From contig CAZYAB010000002.1 in the NCBI GenBank assembly GCA_964645705.1, forward strand, positions 88,155-152,154: a stretch of DNA of 64,000 nucleotides, read 5' to 3'. Below the pieces are notes generated by a model. The model had not been told where the DNA came from. It saw only the letters and a list, made by a program, of their open reading frames with translations, and did not search any database. This document shows, one piece after another, positions 44,495 through 54,453 of this stretch. A program made the translations under genes and the position numbers. Position 1 is the first letter of the stretch; each line of letters begins with the position of its first letter. This stretch comes from an uncultured Methanosarcinales archaeon. Lineage in GTDB: Archaea; Nanobdellota; Nanobdellia; Woesearchaeales; CAXGTL01.

Positions 44495-47400
44495 TGTGCT
44501 TCACCTCCTTCATTTGATCCTGTGTCAGCAGGTTCTGGTGATGAAACCTCACCACCGCCTCCTCCGCTTTCAGTTGCAGGCGGTTCTTCTGATCCTCCGC
44601 CCCCACCTGATTCAGTTGTAGGTTCGCTTTGTTCTGGCTCTGATTGTTGTTCTGGTTCTGGTGTTTCTTCATAACCGCGACCTAGACATACACACATATC
44701 ATTTACACAATCTGTGTTTTGATCACCACATTCTTGATGACATCCATCTTTACATTCACTATAAGTAGAGTCTTCTCCTTCTCCTTCAAATCCTCCTTCT
44801 GGTTTTTGTACATCACAATCTTTATAACACCAATCTCCTTCACCTGGATCGCAGTTTCCATCTCCACACCAAGGTTCTTCTTCATGTTGACCAAAGTCAA
44901 TACATTTTATATCAATAACACATTCATAACCTCTTCCAGAGTCTCCATATATTGGTTCATCTCCAGCTCCTGATCCGAACTTAGCCCTACATTCTGCTTT
45001 TTCTCTTTGCCAGTCTGAATCTGTAAAACAATTATCTGGTTCTTGGATTGGCATAGGATATGGTCCTGCTTCTGGAGGCATCATATCAAATTTATCTTCA
45101 GGCATACATGATCCTGCTCCTTCGCTTTTACTAGGATCATAACAATATATTGTTTCACCTTTACCCATTACACAATTATCACTTCCTGTTCCTTCTGGAC
45201 ATTCGCCTTTTAATACTTTAGATGTTCCTGAAGGACATTGTTCATTATAATCAACAAGACATGCTTGTGGTAATCCTTGACAACATTTCTTTGTAAACAT
45301 TGGTCCTCCTCTTATACCAGGCCCTCTAGGTCCTTCACCTTCATATGGTCCTCTTCTCATACCAGGTCCATATGGATCAGGTCCTGCTGGTCCTGTAGGA
45401 AAATGCTCAGGCCCTCCTGGTCCTGCCATATCACCAAAACATTCTTTTTCACATTTTTGACAATCTGGATCAGGATCAAATCCTGGTCTACATGGTTTAT
45501 CACCACCAGCAGTACTACTAAGACAATCCATCATACATCTTTCTGCTTCATTTCTTGGTTGATGAGGTCCGCCAGGTCCTCCTGGTCCACCAGGTCCTCC
45601 TGGCCCTCCAAACCTTTCAAACATTTCTTTCATTGGTCCAGAACAATGTTTCATAAGATCTTCTGGTCCTCTCATACCAAATGCATAATTAGGATATGCA
45701 CATTTCATAGTCATATCACCAATAGGTGTCTCAACTTTTCCTGTTATTAAACAATTTGTTTCTTCTAATCCGATTATGCTTATTGTTACCATTGGATCTT
45801 CTGGTGGATGGAATTCATATGGTTTACATATTCTTACATGTTCATCAAATATTCTGCCTTCATCAGGATAATATTCATCTTCATATTCGCCATATTGATC
45901 AACTTCAAATTTTCTTTCAAACTCAGGCATTACCATGTCAGCAGTTATCTCTTCAGCAGGTGTAAACATTACATATAAAATATCATTAAGAACAACTTCT
46001 TTAATATATTTTAGATCATGTTTAATATCAATTACATCTTGTGTTGATAATTTTCCAACTTTGCCCCTGATAGCTAACATTAATTCATTTATTTTTGCTT
46101 TTGCACCATTAAACATTCCTGCAACTCTGTAGAATTTCTCTGTATTAGCATCATCGCCTTGACCTTCATGATACTTTGCAAGATTTTCTGCTTTTGCTTT
46201 TAATTGATCAAATTCAATTTTTAGTTCTTCTAATTTCATAGCAATGTTCATTAAATCTCCAACATTAGGAATTTTATCTACAGATTCATATTCAATCATG
46301 TCTTCATTACCTCTTCTTATACAATCAACGAATTCTAAACATCCAAATTGATCATGCCTAAACACTAGTTTTCCACCATCATATTCACATTTTTCAAATG
46401 CTTCTGAAGGGGGAGCTTCACCATTACAATGCTGTTCTCTTCCCATATCTTCATAAATTTTTGTCTCTTGACAATCTATCATAGGACATCCCATCTTTTC
46501 ATCAAAATATTTAATTGCTTTTTTCCCATATTTTTCACAAGATGTTTTTTCAGAATGCAATTTTGCTTGATCAGGACAGTGACTACTATATCTTTTTCTC
46601 TCATCAAACTCTTCATGAATGCAATCAATAAAATTACATCCATTTTCATTTTTAGTTACAGGTTTTCCACCCATTTTTTTACACTTTCTAGCAATCTTGT
46701 CCATTTCTTCTGGTGGCGGGCATTTACCTTTTCTTTGCTCAAGAAAACTTCCTTCTTTTTTTTCTTTTTCTTCTCTGCCAAATCCACATTTTACATATCT
46801 ACATCCTCTTTCATCTCTTAATGTTTTAGGTTGAGCACCTTCTCCTTGACATCTTTTTGTTTCTTTTATTATCTCAGATTTTGGTGGACAATCTTCTTTT
46901 AGTTTTTCTTGGATTTGTTTTTCTTTTTCTTTACAAACCATTATAAAGTTCCCAAATTCATCTTTTTCACCACGACAACCTGGGGGGATTTTTGGTTTAA
47001 CTGGTTCTTTTGGACCTATATCTATTTTTTCTTCATATTCTTTTTTTCTTTCCATATCTTTTTTTCTGATCTCTTGTTCATGTTCTCTTCTTGTTTTATC
47101 TGTTTCTTCATCCCATATTCTTTGTTCTGCTTCATCATGAGATTCGAACGGCATTCTATAATCATCAACACAAGGAACTTCTTTATCACCTTCATAACAT
47201 TTTTCAGGTTCAAAAGGCATTCTATGATCATCTACCATTTCAGGCATCATTGGTTGAATATATTCTTCTGGTTTGTAATCATCATGCATGTGATCATCTT
47301 CATAGAAATCATCTTTAGGTTCATCATACATCACTGGTTCGGGTTCATGATGAACCGGTTCTTCTATAGGTTTATCATGCATAATGGGTTCTGGCTGAGA

Positions 47401-47538
47401 TTCATCTCTTACAGGATCTGCAACAGGTTCAGCAAAAACTTCACCACCAGCATCAACATTTGCACCTTCTTCAGCAACTACTAATGACATTATCATCAAT
47501 AATATCATAAAACATACTAGAATTCCTTTTAATTTCAT
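44491..47538 (-). CDS. Large secreted cysteine-rich repeat protein
   Basis: Signal peptide, four Cys repeats, coiled coil, (GGP)5 tract, CGDGNC motif and an acidic tail. Confidence 0.8.
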   Translation of the reverse strand: MKLKGILVCFMILLMIMSLVVAEEGANVDAGGEVFAEPVADPVRDESQPEPIMHDKPIEEPVHHEPEPVMYDEPKDDFYEDDHMHDDYKPEEYIQPMMPEMVDDHRMPFEPEKCYEGDKEVPCVDDYRMPFESHDEAEQRIWDEETDKTRREHEQEIRKKDMERKKEYEEKIDIGPKEPVKPKIPPGCRGEKDEFGNFIMVCKEKEKQIQEKLKEDCPPKSEIIKETKRCQGEGAQPKTLRDERGCRYVKCGFGREEKEKKEGSFLEQRKGKCPPPEEMDKIARKCKKMGGKPVTKNENGCNFIDCIHEEFDERKRYSSHCPDQAKLHSEKTSCEKYGKKAIKYFDEKMGCPMIDCQETKIYEDMGREQHCNGEAPPSEAFEKCEYDGGKLVFRHDQFGCLEFVDCIRRGNEDMIEYESVDKIPNVGDLMNIAMKLEELKIEFDQLKAKAENLAKYHEGQGDDANTEKFYRVAGMFNGAKAKINELMLAIRGKVGKLSTQDVIDIKHDLKYIKEVVLNDILYVMFTPAEEITADMVMPEFERKFEVDQYGEYEDEYYPDEGRIFDEHVRICKPYEFHPPEDPMVTISIIGLEETNCLITGKVETPIGDMTMKCAYPNYAFGMRGPEDLMKHCSGPMKEMFERFGGPGGPGGPGGPGGPHQPRNEAERCMMDCLSSTAGGDKPCRPGFDPDPDCQKCEKECFGDMAGPGGPEHFPTGPAGPDPYGPGMRRGPYEGEGPRGPGIRGGPMFTKKCCQGLPQACLVDYNEQCPSGTSKVLKGECPEGTGSDNCVMGKGETIYCYDPSKSEGAGSCMPEDKFDMMPPEAGPYPMPIQEPDNCFTDSDWQREKAECRAKFGSGAGDEPIYGDSGRGYECVIDIKCIDFGQHEEEPWCGDGNCDPGEGDWCYKDCDVQKPEGGFEGEGEDSTYSECKDGCHQECGDQNTDCVNDMCVCLGRGYEETPEPEQQSEPEQSEPTTESGGGGGSEEPPATESGGGGGEVSSPEPADTGSNEGGEAQ

Positions 47539-47866
47539 TTATACCACCTTCTTTTTTTAATTATAATTGATTATATATAACTTATAGAATTGTTATATAT
47601 AAAGTTAACTGAATTTTTTTATTATTTTTAGTGTTTAAATTTTTCCAAAACATTTATAAATCATAACCTTCCATTATAAAATGTGATAAAATGGTAAGAA
47701 AAACACTTTTCATGGACATTGCTGAGCAATCAGCTTAGATGATAGTGTCTGGTGTTTTTTTTGTTTCTTATGCAGCAATTACTCATCATATAGCCTCCAA
47801 GAATGGAGACTAAAAAATATTATATTTTTTTATCAAAAAACAAAAACAAAAACCGAGGAAAATAAA

Positions 47867-48853
47867 ATGCAACCAATAATTCAAGTAAAAAACCTGAAAA
47901 AAAGCTTTAAAATGTACAAAAGAGAAGCAGGATTATTCAGTGCATTCAAAAGCTTATTTATAAGAAAGCACAAGTTAGCTCATGCACTAAAAGGAATCAA
48001 TTTTGAAGTAGAAAAAGGCGAGATTTTGGGCTTTATAGGACCTAATGGTGCTGGTAAATCAACTACAATAAAAGCATTATCAGGCATACTCTATCCTAGC
48101 TCAGGCTTTATCAAGGTAATGAAATACACTCCTTGGAAAGACAGAGTTAGATATGTTAAACACATAGGTGTTGTATTTGGCCAAAAACACCAGCTACACT
48201 GGGATTTACCACCTTTAGACACATATTATCTAAATAAACAACTGTATAAAATCCCTGATAAAGCATTTAAAAGAAGATTAAGATATATGGTTAATTTGCT
48301 TGATCTTAAGGAAATAGTCAAAACACCTGTCAGAGACCTTTCATTAGGTGAACGTATGAAATGTAAATTAGTAGCAGCATTATTACACAATCCAAAGATA
48401 GTATTCCTAGATGAACCGACAATTGGTTTAGACGCAGTTGCAAAGCACAAGCTAAGAGAATTTGTTAAATATGTAAATACTAAATACAAGACAACTTTTA
48501 TCATAACAACTCATAATATGGATGATATTGAGAAACTTTGTAAAAGAATAGTAATCATAAACAATGGTGATATTGTATATGACGGACCATTAGATAAGAT
48601 AAAAAAGACATATGTTAAATACAAATTACTAGATGTTAAGTTTGATGAAAAAGCACCTAGCTTTAGGTTCCCTGGTTGTAAAGTAATTGACAAAGACAAG
48701 TATGAATTAAAGATAGAAGTAAATACAAAAAAACAATCAGTAAAAACAGTTGTTGATCACTTGATAAAACATTATCCATTTGAAGATTTGATAATAAGTG
48801 ATCCACCTATTGAAGAGATTATTCAATTGATTTATACTCAAAAGAGAGAATAG
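47867..48853 (+). CDS. ABC transporter ATP-binding protein
   Basis: GPNGAGKST, LSLGERM and FLDEPT motifs. Confidence 0.95.
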   Translation: MQPIIQVKNLKKSFKMYKREAGLFSAFKSLFIRKHKLAHALKGINFEVEKGEILGFIGPNGAGKSTTIKALSGILYPSSGFIKVMKYTPWKDRVRYVKHIGVVFGQKHQLHWDLPPLDTYYLNKQLYKIPDKAFKRRLRYMVNLLDLKEIVKTPVRDLSLGERMKCKLVAALLHNPKIVFLDEPTIGLDAVAKHKLREFVKYVNTKYKTTFIITTHNMDDIEKLCKRIVIINNGDIVYDGPLDKIKKTYVKYKLLDVKFDEKAPSFRFPGCKVIDKDKYELKIEVNTKKQSVKTVVDHLIKHYPFEDLIISDPPIEEIIQLIYTQKRE

Positions 48854-48863
48854 AATAAACAAA

Positions 48864-49664
48864 ATGAACATAAAAAAATACACAGGATTAATGAAGGTTG
48901 GATTTAAAGTAGCTTTAGCTTACAGATTCCACGGTTTAGTTTCAATAATCATGACTCCTATTTCATTGATTGTGTTTTATTTTTTATGGCAATCTATTTA
49001 TTCGTATACAGGTGAAACAATAATCAAAGGCTTTACATTTGAAGCATTGATAGGTTATTACGCACTTTCAATGATAATTGCATTTTTCACATGGAGCCAA
49101 GCAGATAAATGGTTGGAAAATGATATTAGGCACGGCCATCTAATCTTTAAACTATTACAACCAGTAAGCCATTGTTTGAATGAGTTTTTCATAGAACTTG
49201 GAATACACAGTTACACAGTATTAATAGAAACAATTCCAATCTTTTTGATAGGATATTTGTTTTTTTATGTACCACTGCAATCAATATCAACTATTGTATT
49301 ATTTTTTGTATCAGTAATAATGGCGGCAATCCTGTATTTCCAGTTTGCGTATTTTTTAGGATTATCAGCATTCTGGTTAAAAAGAATAGATGGCATTAGA
49401 AGAATGAGATCGCCATTAATAGCATTTTTATCAGGCGGAATACTACCATTAACATTTTTCCCAGCATGGTATACAAATGTACAACACTGGTTACCATTCC
49501 AATACATGAGATATGTGCCAATAATGATTTACTTAGAACAAGTTTCATTTAGCAATGTACTATTGTTATTGTTAGGCCAGTTTTTATGGATACTAGGTTT
49601 AGCATTTTTAATAAATATGATTTGGAAAATCGCATATAAGAAATTTTCAGGTGTAGGAACATGA
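48864..49664 (+). CDS. ABC-2 family permease (DUF990-like)
   Basis: Six TM helices; DIRHG..LLQP and SGGILPL motifs. Confidence 0.85.
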   Translation: MNIKKYTGLMKVGFKVALAYRFHGLVSIIMTPISLIVFYFLWQSIYSYTGETIIKGFTFEALIGYYALSMIIAFFTWSQADKWLENDIRHGHLIFKLLQPVSHCLNEFFIELGIHSYTVLIETIPIFLIGYLFFYVPLQSISTIVLFFVSVIMAAILYFQFAYFLGLSAFWLKRIDGIRRMRSPLIAFLSGGILPLTFFPAWYTNVQHWLPFQYMRYVPIMIYLEQVSFSNVLLLLLGQFLWILGLAFLINMIWKIAYKKFSGVGT

Positions 49665-50443
49665 GATACTTAAAAATATTTTGGAAATTCGTAAGCCTTG
49701 ATTTAAGTAGTGAGTTTAGGTATAAGCTTAACATAGTTATGAAATTCCTTAGCTTGATTGTAATGGATTTCATAGGTCCATTGATTGCATTACTTATATA
49801 TTCAAACACACTAGGTATACCTGGATGGACATTGTATGAGTTTTTATTATTCCAAGGTACACTTACATTAGTATTAGGACTAGGCCATTCATTTGCATTT
49901 AGGTTTGCTTGGGAAGTAATGGACATGGTAAGAAATGGCGAATTAGACAAGGTAATGGTCAAACCATTAAAACCATTAACATATCTAATGTTAGGATCAT
50001 TCAATTTTCCAGGAATGGCAGAAATATTTGCAGGATTAGTCATAATTATATATGCATTATTAAACCTTAACCTTGGATTTACACTAAATTACATACCTTA
50101 TATAGCATTCATATTATTAGCAGTATTATTCCAGTTTGGGGTTGCAACATTGATTTCAGCATCTTCGATCTTATTTATCAAATCATGGGCATTGTTTGAT
50201 ATTTGGATGCATATGATTAATTTTGCTAGATATCCATCTATCATATTTAGCGTAGCTATCAGGTTTTTGATAACATTCATATTTCCAGTAGCAATTGCAT
50301 CATTTTACCCAGCAGCAGCATTATTAGGCAGATTATCATTAGCAGAAACATTATTGCCTATGTTAGCTGTAATCTTGTTTTATATAGTTTCAAGACTATT
50401 ATGGTATTTAGCAATGAAGAAATATACTAGTGCTGGAGGTTGA
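49661..50443 (+). CDS. ABC-2 family permease (DUF990-like)
   Basis: IPGWT, VRNGELD..VKP and ARYP motifs; ends YTSAGG. Confidence 0.85.
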   Translation: MRYLKIFWKFVSLDLSSEFRYKLNIVMKFLSLIVMDFIGPLIALLIYSNTLGIPGWTLYEFLLFQGTLTLVLGLGHSFAFRFAWEVMDMVRNGELDKVMVKPLKPLTYLMLGSFNFPGMAEIFAGLVIIIYALLNLNLGFTLNYIPYIAFILLAVLFQFGVATLISASSILFIKSWALFDIWMHMINFARYPSIIFSVAIRFLITFIFPVAIASFYPAAALLGRLSLAETLLPMLAVILFYIVSRLLWYLAMKKYTSAGG

Positions 50444-50527
50444 ATACTTTTTTTCTTATTTTTATAATTTATATATTCTCTAATTACATAAAGCTTATAT
50501 AAATTAAATAAATAAAATATAATTGGG

Positions 50528-51607
50528 GTGATTTATATGAAAGATAAAATTCAAGAAATTATTGATTCTGAACTTAGAAAAATAAGTTTTGGTACGCCAC
50601 AGATTGATCAAAATCATGGTTTAGTAGTAGTTCCTGCTATAAGAGAAATAAGAAATCCAGGTTTTAAGGTCTTGTCAAGAAATCTTAGAACTTCTGAACA
50701 TGGAGATGGATATGTTCATATTTGTGAACCAGGAAACATAGGTAACCAAAGTTGGTATCATAATCTTTGTTTTAAGAATTTTTATGATTCTCCTATTTTG
50801 ATTCCACAAGGTCTTACATTAAAAGGAGGCGATCAAGATAGAATGGTAATTGTTTCTGTATTTATTCAAGCAGGAAATATCAATGTTCCAGTAACTGTAA
50901 ATGTTAATGTAAATTGTATAGAACAAGGCAGAAGCAAAGGAGGTCATCCATTCACAATAGGAGGATATGGTATCCAAAGTATTCGATTAAGACAATCAGT
51001 AGACACATTATTAGGTGCTTTTGAACAAGGAAACTATGATCCTGATGATAGTCAAGGTAGTGTTTGGGGAGACATAAGCTCTCTTGGTTATGGACAGGAT
51101 AGTATGCATAGAATCTATAAAGAAAAAGAAAAAGAATTAGAAGAGCTTATGCAAACATTTCCTCAAGAAAAGAACCAGATAGGTTATATTGTTTATTATA
51201 ATGGTGTAACAAGCTTTGAATTCTATGGAAAAAGATTAAGTTCAAGCCAGCACAAAGATATACTTGGTTCTTATATAATTCATGCAATACTTAATCCAAA
51301 TGGTTCTGGGCAAAGATTATCTGCAGACCAAGTAAGAAACATAACTTCGCAATTAACAAATGTTAAATCAATTAGCATGTCAAGTGAAAATACAGGCATG
51401 CATGATTTAAGATTTAGTTTAAGCGAACAAGGAATTATAGGCAATGCTAGTTTAGTTGATGAAAATTTAATTCATCTATCTGCTACAAGAGTAATGGAAG
51501 AGAGTTATATAAACAAATCAGTAATAAATAGCATAAAAAATGCTTGTAAACAAGTAGAAATAGAATATGAGAAAAAAGTAAAATCCGCATTTGTACCAAC
51601 ATATTAA
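50528..51607 (+). CDS. ARPP-1/DUF6569-like domain protein
   Basis: LKGGDQDRMV...VNCIEQGR...QGSVW pattern, assigned from recollection of this family. Confidence 0.6.
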   Translation: MIYMKDKIQEIIDSELRKISFGTPQIDQNHGLVVVPAIREIRNPGFKVLSRNLRTSEHGDGYVHICEPGNIGNQSWYHNLCFKNFYDSPILIPQGLTLKGGDQDRMVIVSVFIQAGNINVPVTVNVNVNCIEQGRSKGGHPFTIGGYGIQSIRLRQSVDTLLGAFEQGNYDPDDSQGSVWGDISSLGYGQDSMHRIYKEKEKELEELMQTFPQEKNQIGYIVYYNGVTSFEFYGKRLSSSQHKDILGSYIIHAILNPNGSGQRLSADQVRNITSQLTNVKSISMSSENTGMHDLRFSLSEQGIIGNASLVDENLIHLSATRVMEESYINKSVINSIKNACKQVEIEYEKKVKSAFVPTY

Positions 51608-51612
51608 ATTTT

Positions 51613-52365
51613 TTATTCTTTTTTTATTATTCCTTGAATAAAACTATCTAATTGTTCATATTTGTCTAATCTATCTTTTTTCTCATAAAAACTTTTTAAA
51701 ACCCATCTCATTGTTTTTTTTAGATTATTAAAATTGCTGAAGTAAATAAACTTTTTATAATCAACCTGGTGATTTTGTTGTATTTGTTTTTTCATTACAC
51801 CATCTGATTTAGAAATTACAAAAACATTTTTTAGATTTAGAGTAATTTCTTTTTTTGCTACATCTCTTAATTGATCAACAATTATTTCTGTAATATTACC
51901 ATAAGCTGCCACTAGATAATTATTTTTTTTATAACTTAAAAGAACTGCTAGATTTGTGCCTTCAGTAACTTTAGTATTATAAGGCTCAGAATGCAGACCG
52001 CTTCTCATGATTATATTGCTTACCTCTCTTTTTGTGTCTAGATCTTCTAATGTTTTTAATTTATTATTATATCCTGTAGTTGATTTAATCAATTTTTCAA
52101 GGTTTTTATTAGAAATACTTGATGATGGTAAACCAAAACCTCTTCCAAAAAAAGAAGCAGCTACTGCTGTTGCTAATATTAATATTCCTTCTGTTATGTA
52201 TATTGCTGGCTCTGTAAGAGAATTAGGATCTTGTACAAAGCTTGGTACTGCATGAAGGCCTTTATAAAGCCCAAATGTTCCTAAAGCCACAGAAATATAA
52301 TTGCATGCTGTTTGATAAGGATTTATACCTTGTAAAGATTCTGTTATTCTTGATATTAATGTCAT
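51613..52365 (-). CDS. Hypothetical membrane protein
   Basis: Two N-terminal hydrophobic segments. Confidence 0.6.
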   Translation of the reverse strand: MTLISRITESLQGINPYQTACNYISVALGTFGLYKGLHAVPSFVQDPNSLTEPAIYITEGILILATAVAASFFGRGFGLPSSSISNKNLEKLIKSTTGYNNKLKTLEDLDTKREVSNIIMRSGLHSEPYNTKVTEGTNLAVLLSYKKNNYLVAAYGNITEIIVDQLRDVAKKEITLNLKNVFVISKSDGVMKKQIQQNHQVDYKKFIYFSNFNNLKKTMRWVLKSFYEKKDRLDKYEQLDSFIQGIIKKE

Positions 52366-52655
52366 TTATATAGTGTTTTTTCGAATAATGTTTTTAAGCA
52401 TTTATAGTTTTTATTATATATACAAAAGTTTTATTATAAGCATAAAGCTTTAAATATTATTTTCATATACTTTATAAACAAAAGCTTTATATATATGGTT
52501 TACCTTATAAGTAATTAAAATTGAGAATTAGACAAAGTTCTAGTGAAGATTCGTGTGAGGATGAAGTTTCAGATAGTGATGAGGTTGCTTTTCTTGAACA
52601 AAAATATAGAAAAAAAATCTTTTCCTTTTCAAAAGACTGGTAATTCTATTTGATT

Positions 52656-53276
52656 TTAGCTATTAATTGGCTTAAATGTCTTTATAATGTGTTCATAAAC
52701 ATCATGACTATCACATTCTTTATAATAACAATTATAAGTCATTGTGTATAATTTATCAAATCCTATTGCCATTATTTGGTTAAATTCTGTCTTCTTATTT
52801 TCTATTATTACTGTGTATTGTATTTTATAGCCTTTTATAGAACCAAAAAGTATTTCAGAAGATTCTTGTGTTATTTTCAAATCATTCATTGTTTTTTTAT
52901 TAAGCTCAATTCCTTGATCTAATAGTTCTTTTAGATCATATGCTGCATCTTTGCCAATATGAGCAACAATAATATTTATGCTTTCAAGATTTTCTACATC
53001 ATCACGCATGTATACAAACATGTTTTCTGTTATCTTGTTTTCTTTCCAATTATCTGGCAACATTAATTTAAAATGTTTATTAGAAAATGTTATTAGGTTG
53101 CCTAGATCTTGCACTTGTCCAATTTCATCAACTCCATTCTGAATTTCTTCACTTAATTCTTCAACAGGTTCTTGGTATGTTGTGCCGCACCCTGTTAAGA
53201 AAAACAATAATATTATTAAGCAAAATATTTTTTTATACATTTTATTCATCACCTTCAAATCTTTGATTTGTTTCAC
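52656..53276 (-). CDS. Lipoprotein, PsbP/DcrB-like fold
   Basis: Lipobox FLTGC; FKLMLPDNW and YTMTY motifs. Start is probably a later Met. Confidence 0.6.
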   Translation of the reverse strand: MKQIKDLKVMNKMYKKIFCLIILLFFLTGCGTTYQEPVEELSEEIQNGVDEIGQVQDLGNLITFSNKHFKLMLPDNWKENKITENMFVYMRDDVENLESINIIVAHIGKDAAYDLKELLDQGIELNKKTMNDLKITQESSEILFGSIKGYKIQYTVIIENKKTEFNQIMAIGFDKLYTMTYNCYYKECDSHDVYEHIIKTFKPINS

Positions 53277-53827
53277 CTTTTGTTTATTCTTTTTAATAAT
53301 TGTTTTAAATTTTGTTTTCCTGTCTTTGTTTTAAACTTAGACATTCTTACATTTTTAAATTTTTCTAAAAATCTCATATAATCTTTTTTATTTATTGATG
53401 GTTTTAGTTTTTTATGATCTATCTGTGACAAAGAATCTGCTTCCATAACCATTATTTCATGTTTTTTCTTTATCTTTTTCATATTATCATGTATCTTTAT
53501 TAAATGGGCAATCATTTTTATTTGTTTTTTTGTATAATTTAATCTTTTTAATATTTTCTTTGCTAGTTTTGCGCCAACTATCATGTGCTTTTTCTTTAAT
53601 GCTAATCTGTCATCAAGACTATAATCATTTTTCAAAAATTTTCCATAACCAATATCGTGCAGATACATTGTTGTTACAAGTATCTTTTCATCACCGCCTT
53701 CTTTTTTTATTATTTTCCTCATCCATTCAGCAGAAAGAATACTATGCTTATAAGTCCAATTCTTTTTATCAAAGTAATTTCCAAGAACTTTTATTAATTT
53801 TTGTTCTGTTTTTTTATCTAGTTCCAT
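53273..53827 (-). CDS. HD-domain phosphohydrolase
   Basis: H...YLHDIG...H...HD...EAD motif set. Confidence 0.85.
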   Translation of the reverse strand: MELDKKTEQKLIKVLGNYFDKKNWTYKHSILSAEWMRKIIKKEGGDEKILVTTMYLHDIGYGKFLKNDYSLDDRLALKKKHMIVGAKLAKKILKRLNYTKKQIKMIAHLIKIHDNMKKIKKKHEIMVMEADSLSQIDHKKLKPSINKKDYMRFLEKFKNVRMSKFKTKTGKQNLKQLLKRINKR

Positions 53828-53949
53828 ATTATGATTTATGTCCTTTGACTATAAAAACCTTTTCGTGAATTTTACGATATTTTCAGCACTAGACATATAT
53901 TCTCTATTACATAATTAAATAAATACACTCAGATAATCCCTATATAAAA

Positions 53950-54453
53950 ATGAAACAAATAGATTCATTAGAAGACTTAGCAATAATTATGAAGTATGTT
54001 GAACCATCTAGATTGTTTATTGAGCTTTCACAACCAAAACAACAGTGCAAAATAAATGTTTCTGAAAAATCAATTTCGATTTTAGCAGGATTTGATGAAT
54101 ATGTTGAATTGCCAGCAGATTGTGGTTTAAATAATAAAGAGACAAGATTAAACACTCTTTATTATGGTTGCATGGTTTATGAAAATAATGGTTGTTCACA
54201 AAAAGATTGCGCAGAATATAGGAACTTTGTTTCAAATAAAGAATATTTAGAATTGATTATTGACATGTTTAGAACAGTATTAGAAGGAGATATTTCTATT
54301 GATTATAAAGTAAAGGCAGGTGACAAGTGTGTTTTCTTACCATGTGCCAGTATTGAGTCTGCTCATTTATCTAATAAAAAAAATTGGTTAGAAATTGCAA
54401 AATCAATAACAGACGTGTATGATACTGGTGTTAGAATTTATATTAGTTATTAG
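53950..54453 (+). CDS. Hypothetical protein
   Basis: 167-aa ORF. Confidence 0.55.
   Translation: MKQIDSLEDLAIIMKYVEPSRLFIELSQPKQQCKINVSEKSISILAGFDEYVELPADCGLNNKETRLNTLYYGCMVYENNGCSQKDCAEYRNFVSNKEYLELIIDMFRTVLEGDISIDYKVKAGDKCVFLPCASIESAHLSNKKNWLEIAKSITDVYDTGVRIYISY

Noticed and set aside
44403..47484. Many alternative-frame and antisense ORFs over the Cys-rich gene, and similar shadow ORFs elsewhere
   Set aside because: They are Phe/Ile/Ser-rich antisense shadows of A-rich coding strands, with no RBS or motifs.
52521..52643. Possible 40-aa TTG-initiated acidic ORF in an intergenic gap
   Set aside because: Weak start, no RBS and no recognisable motif.
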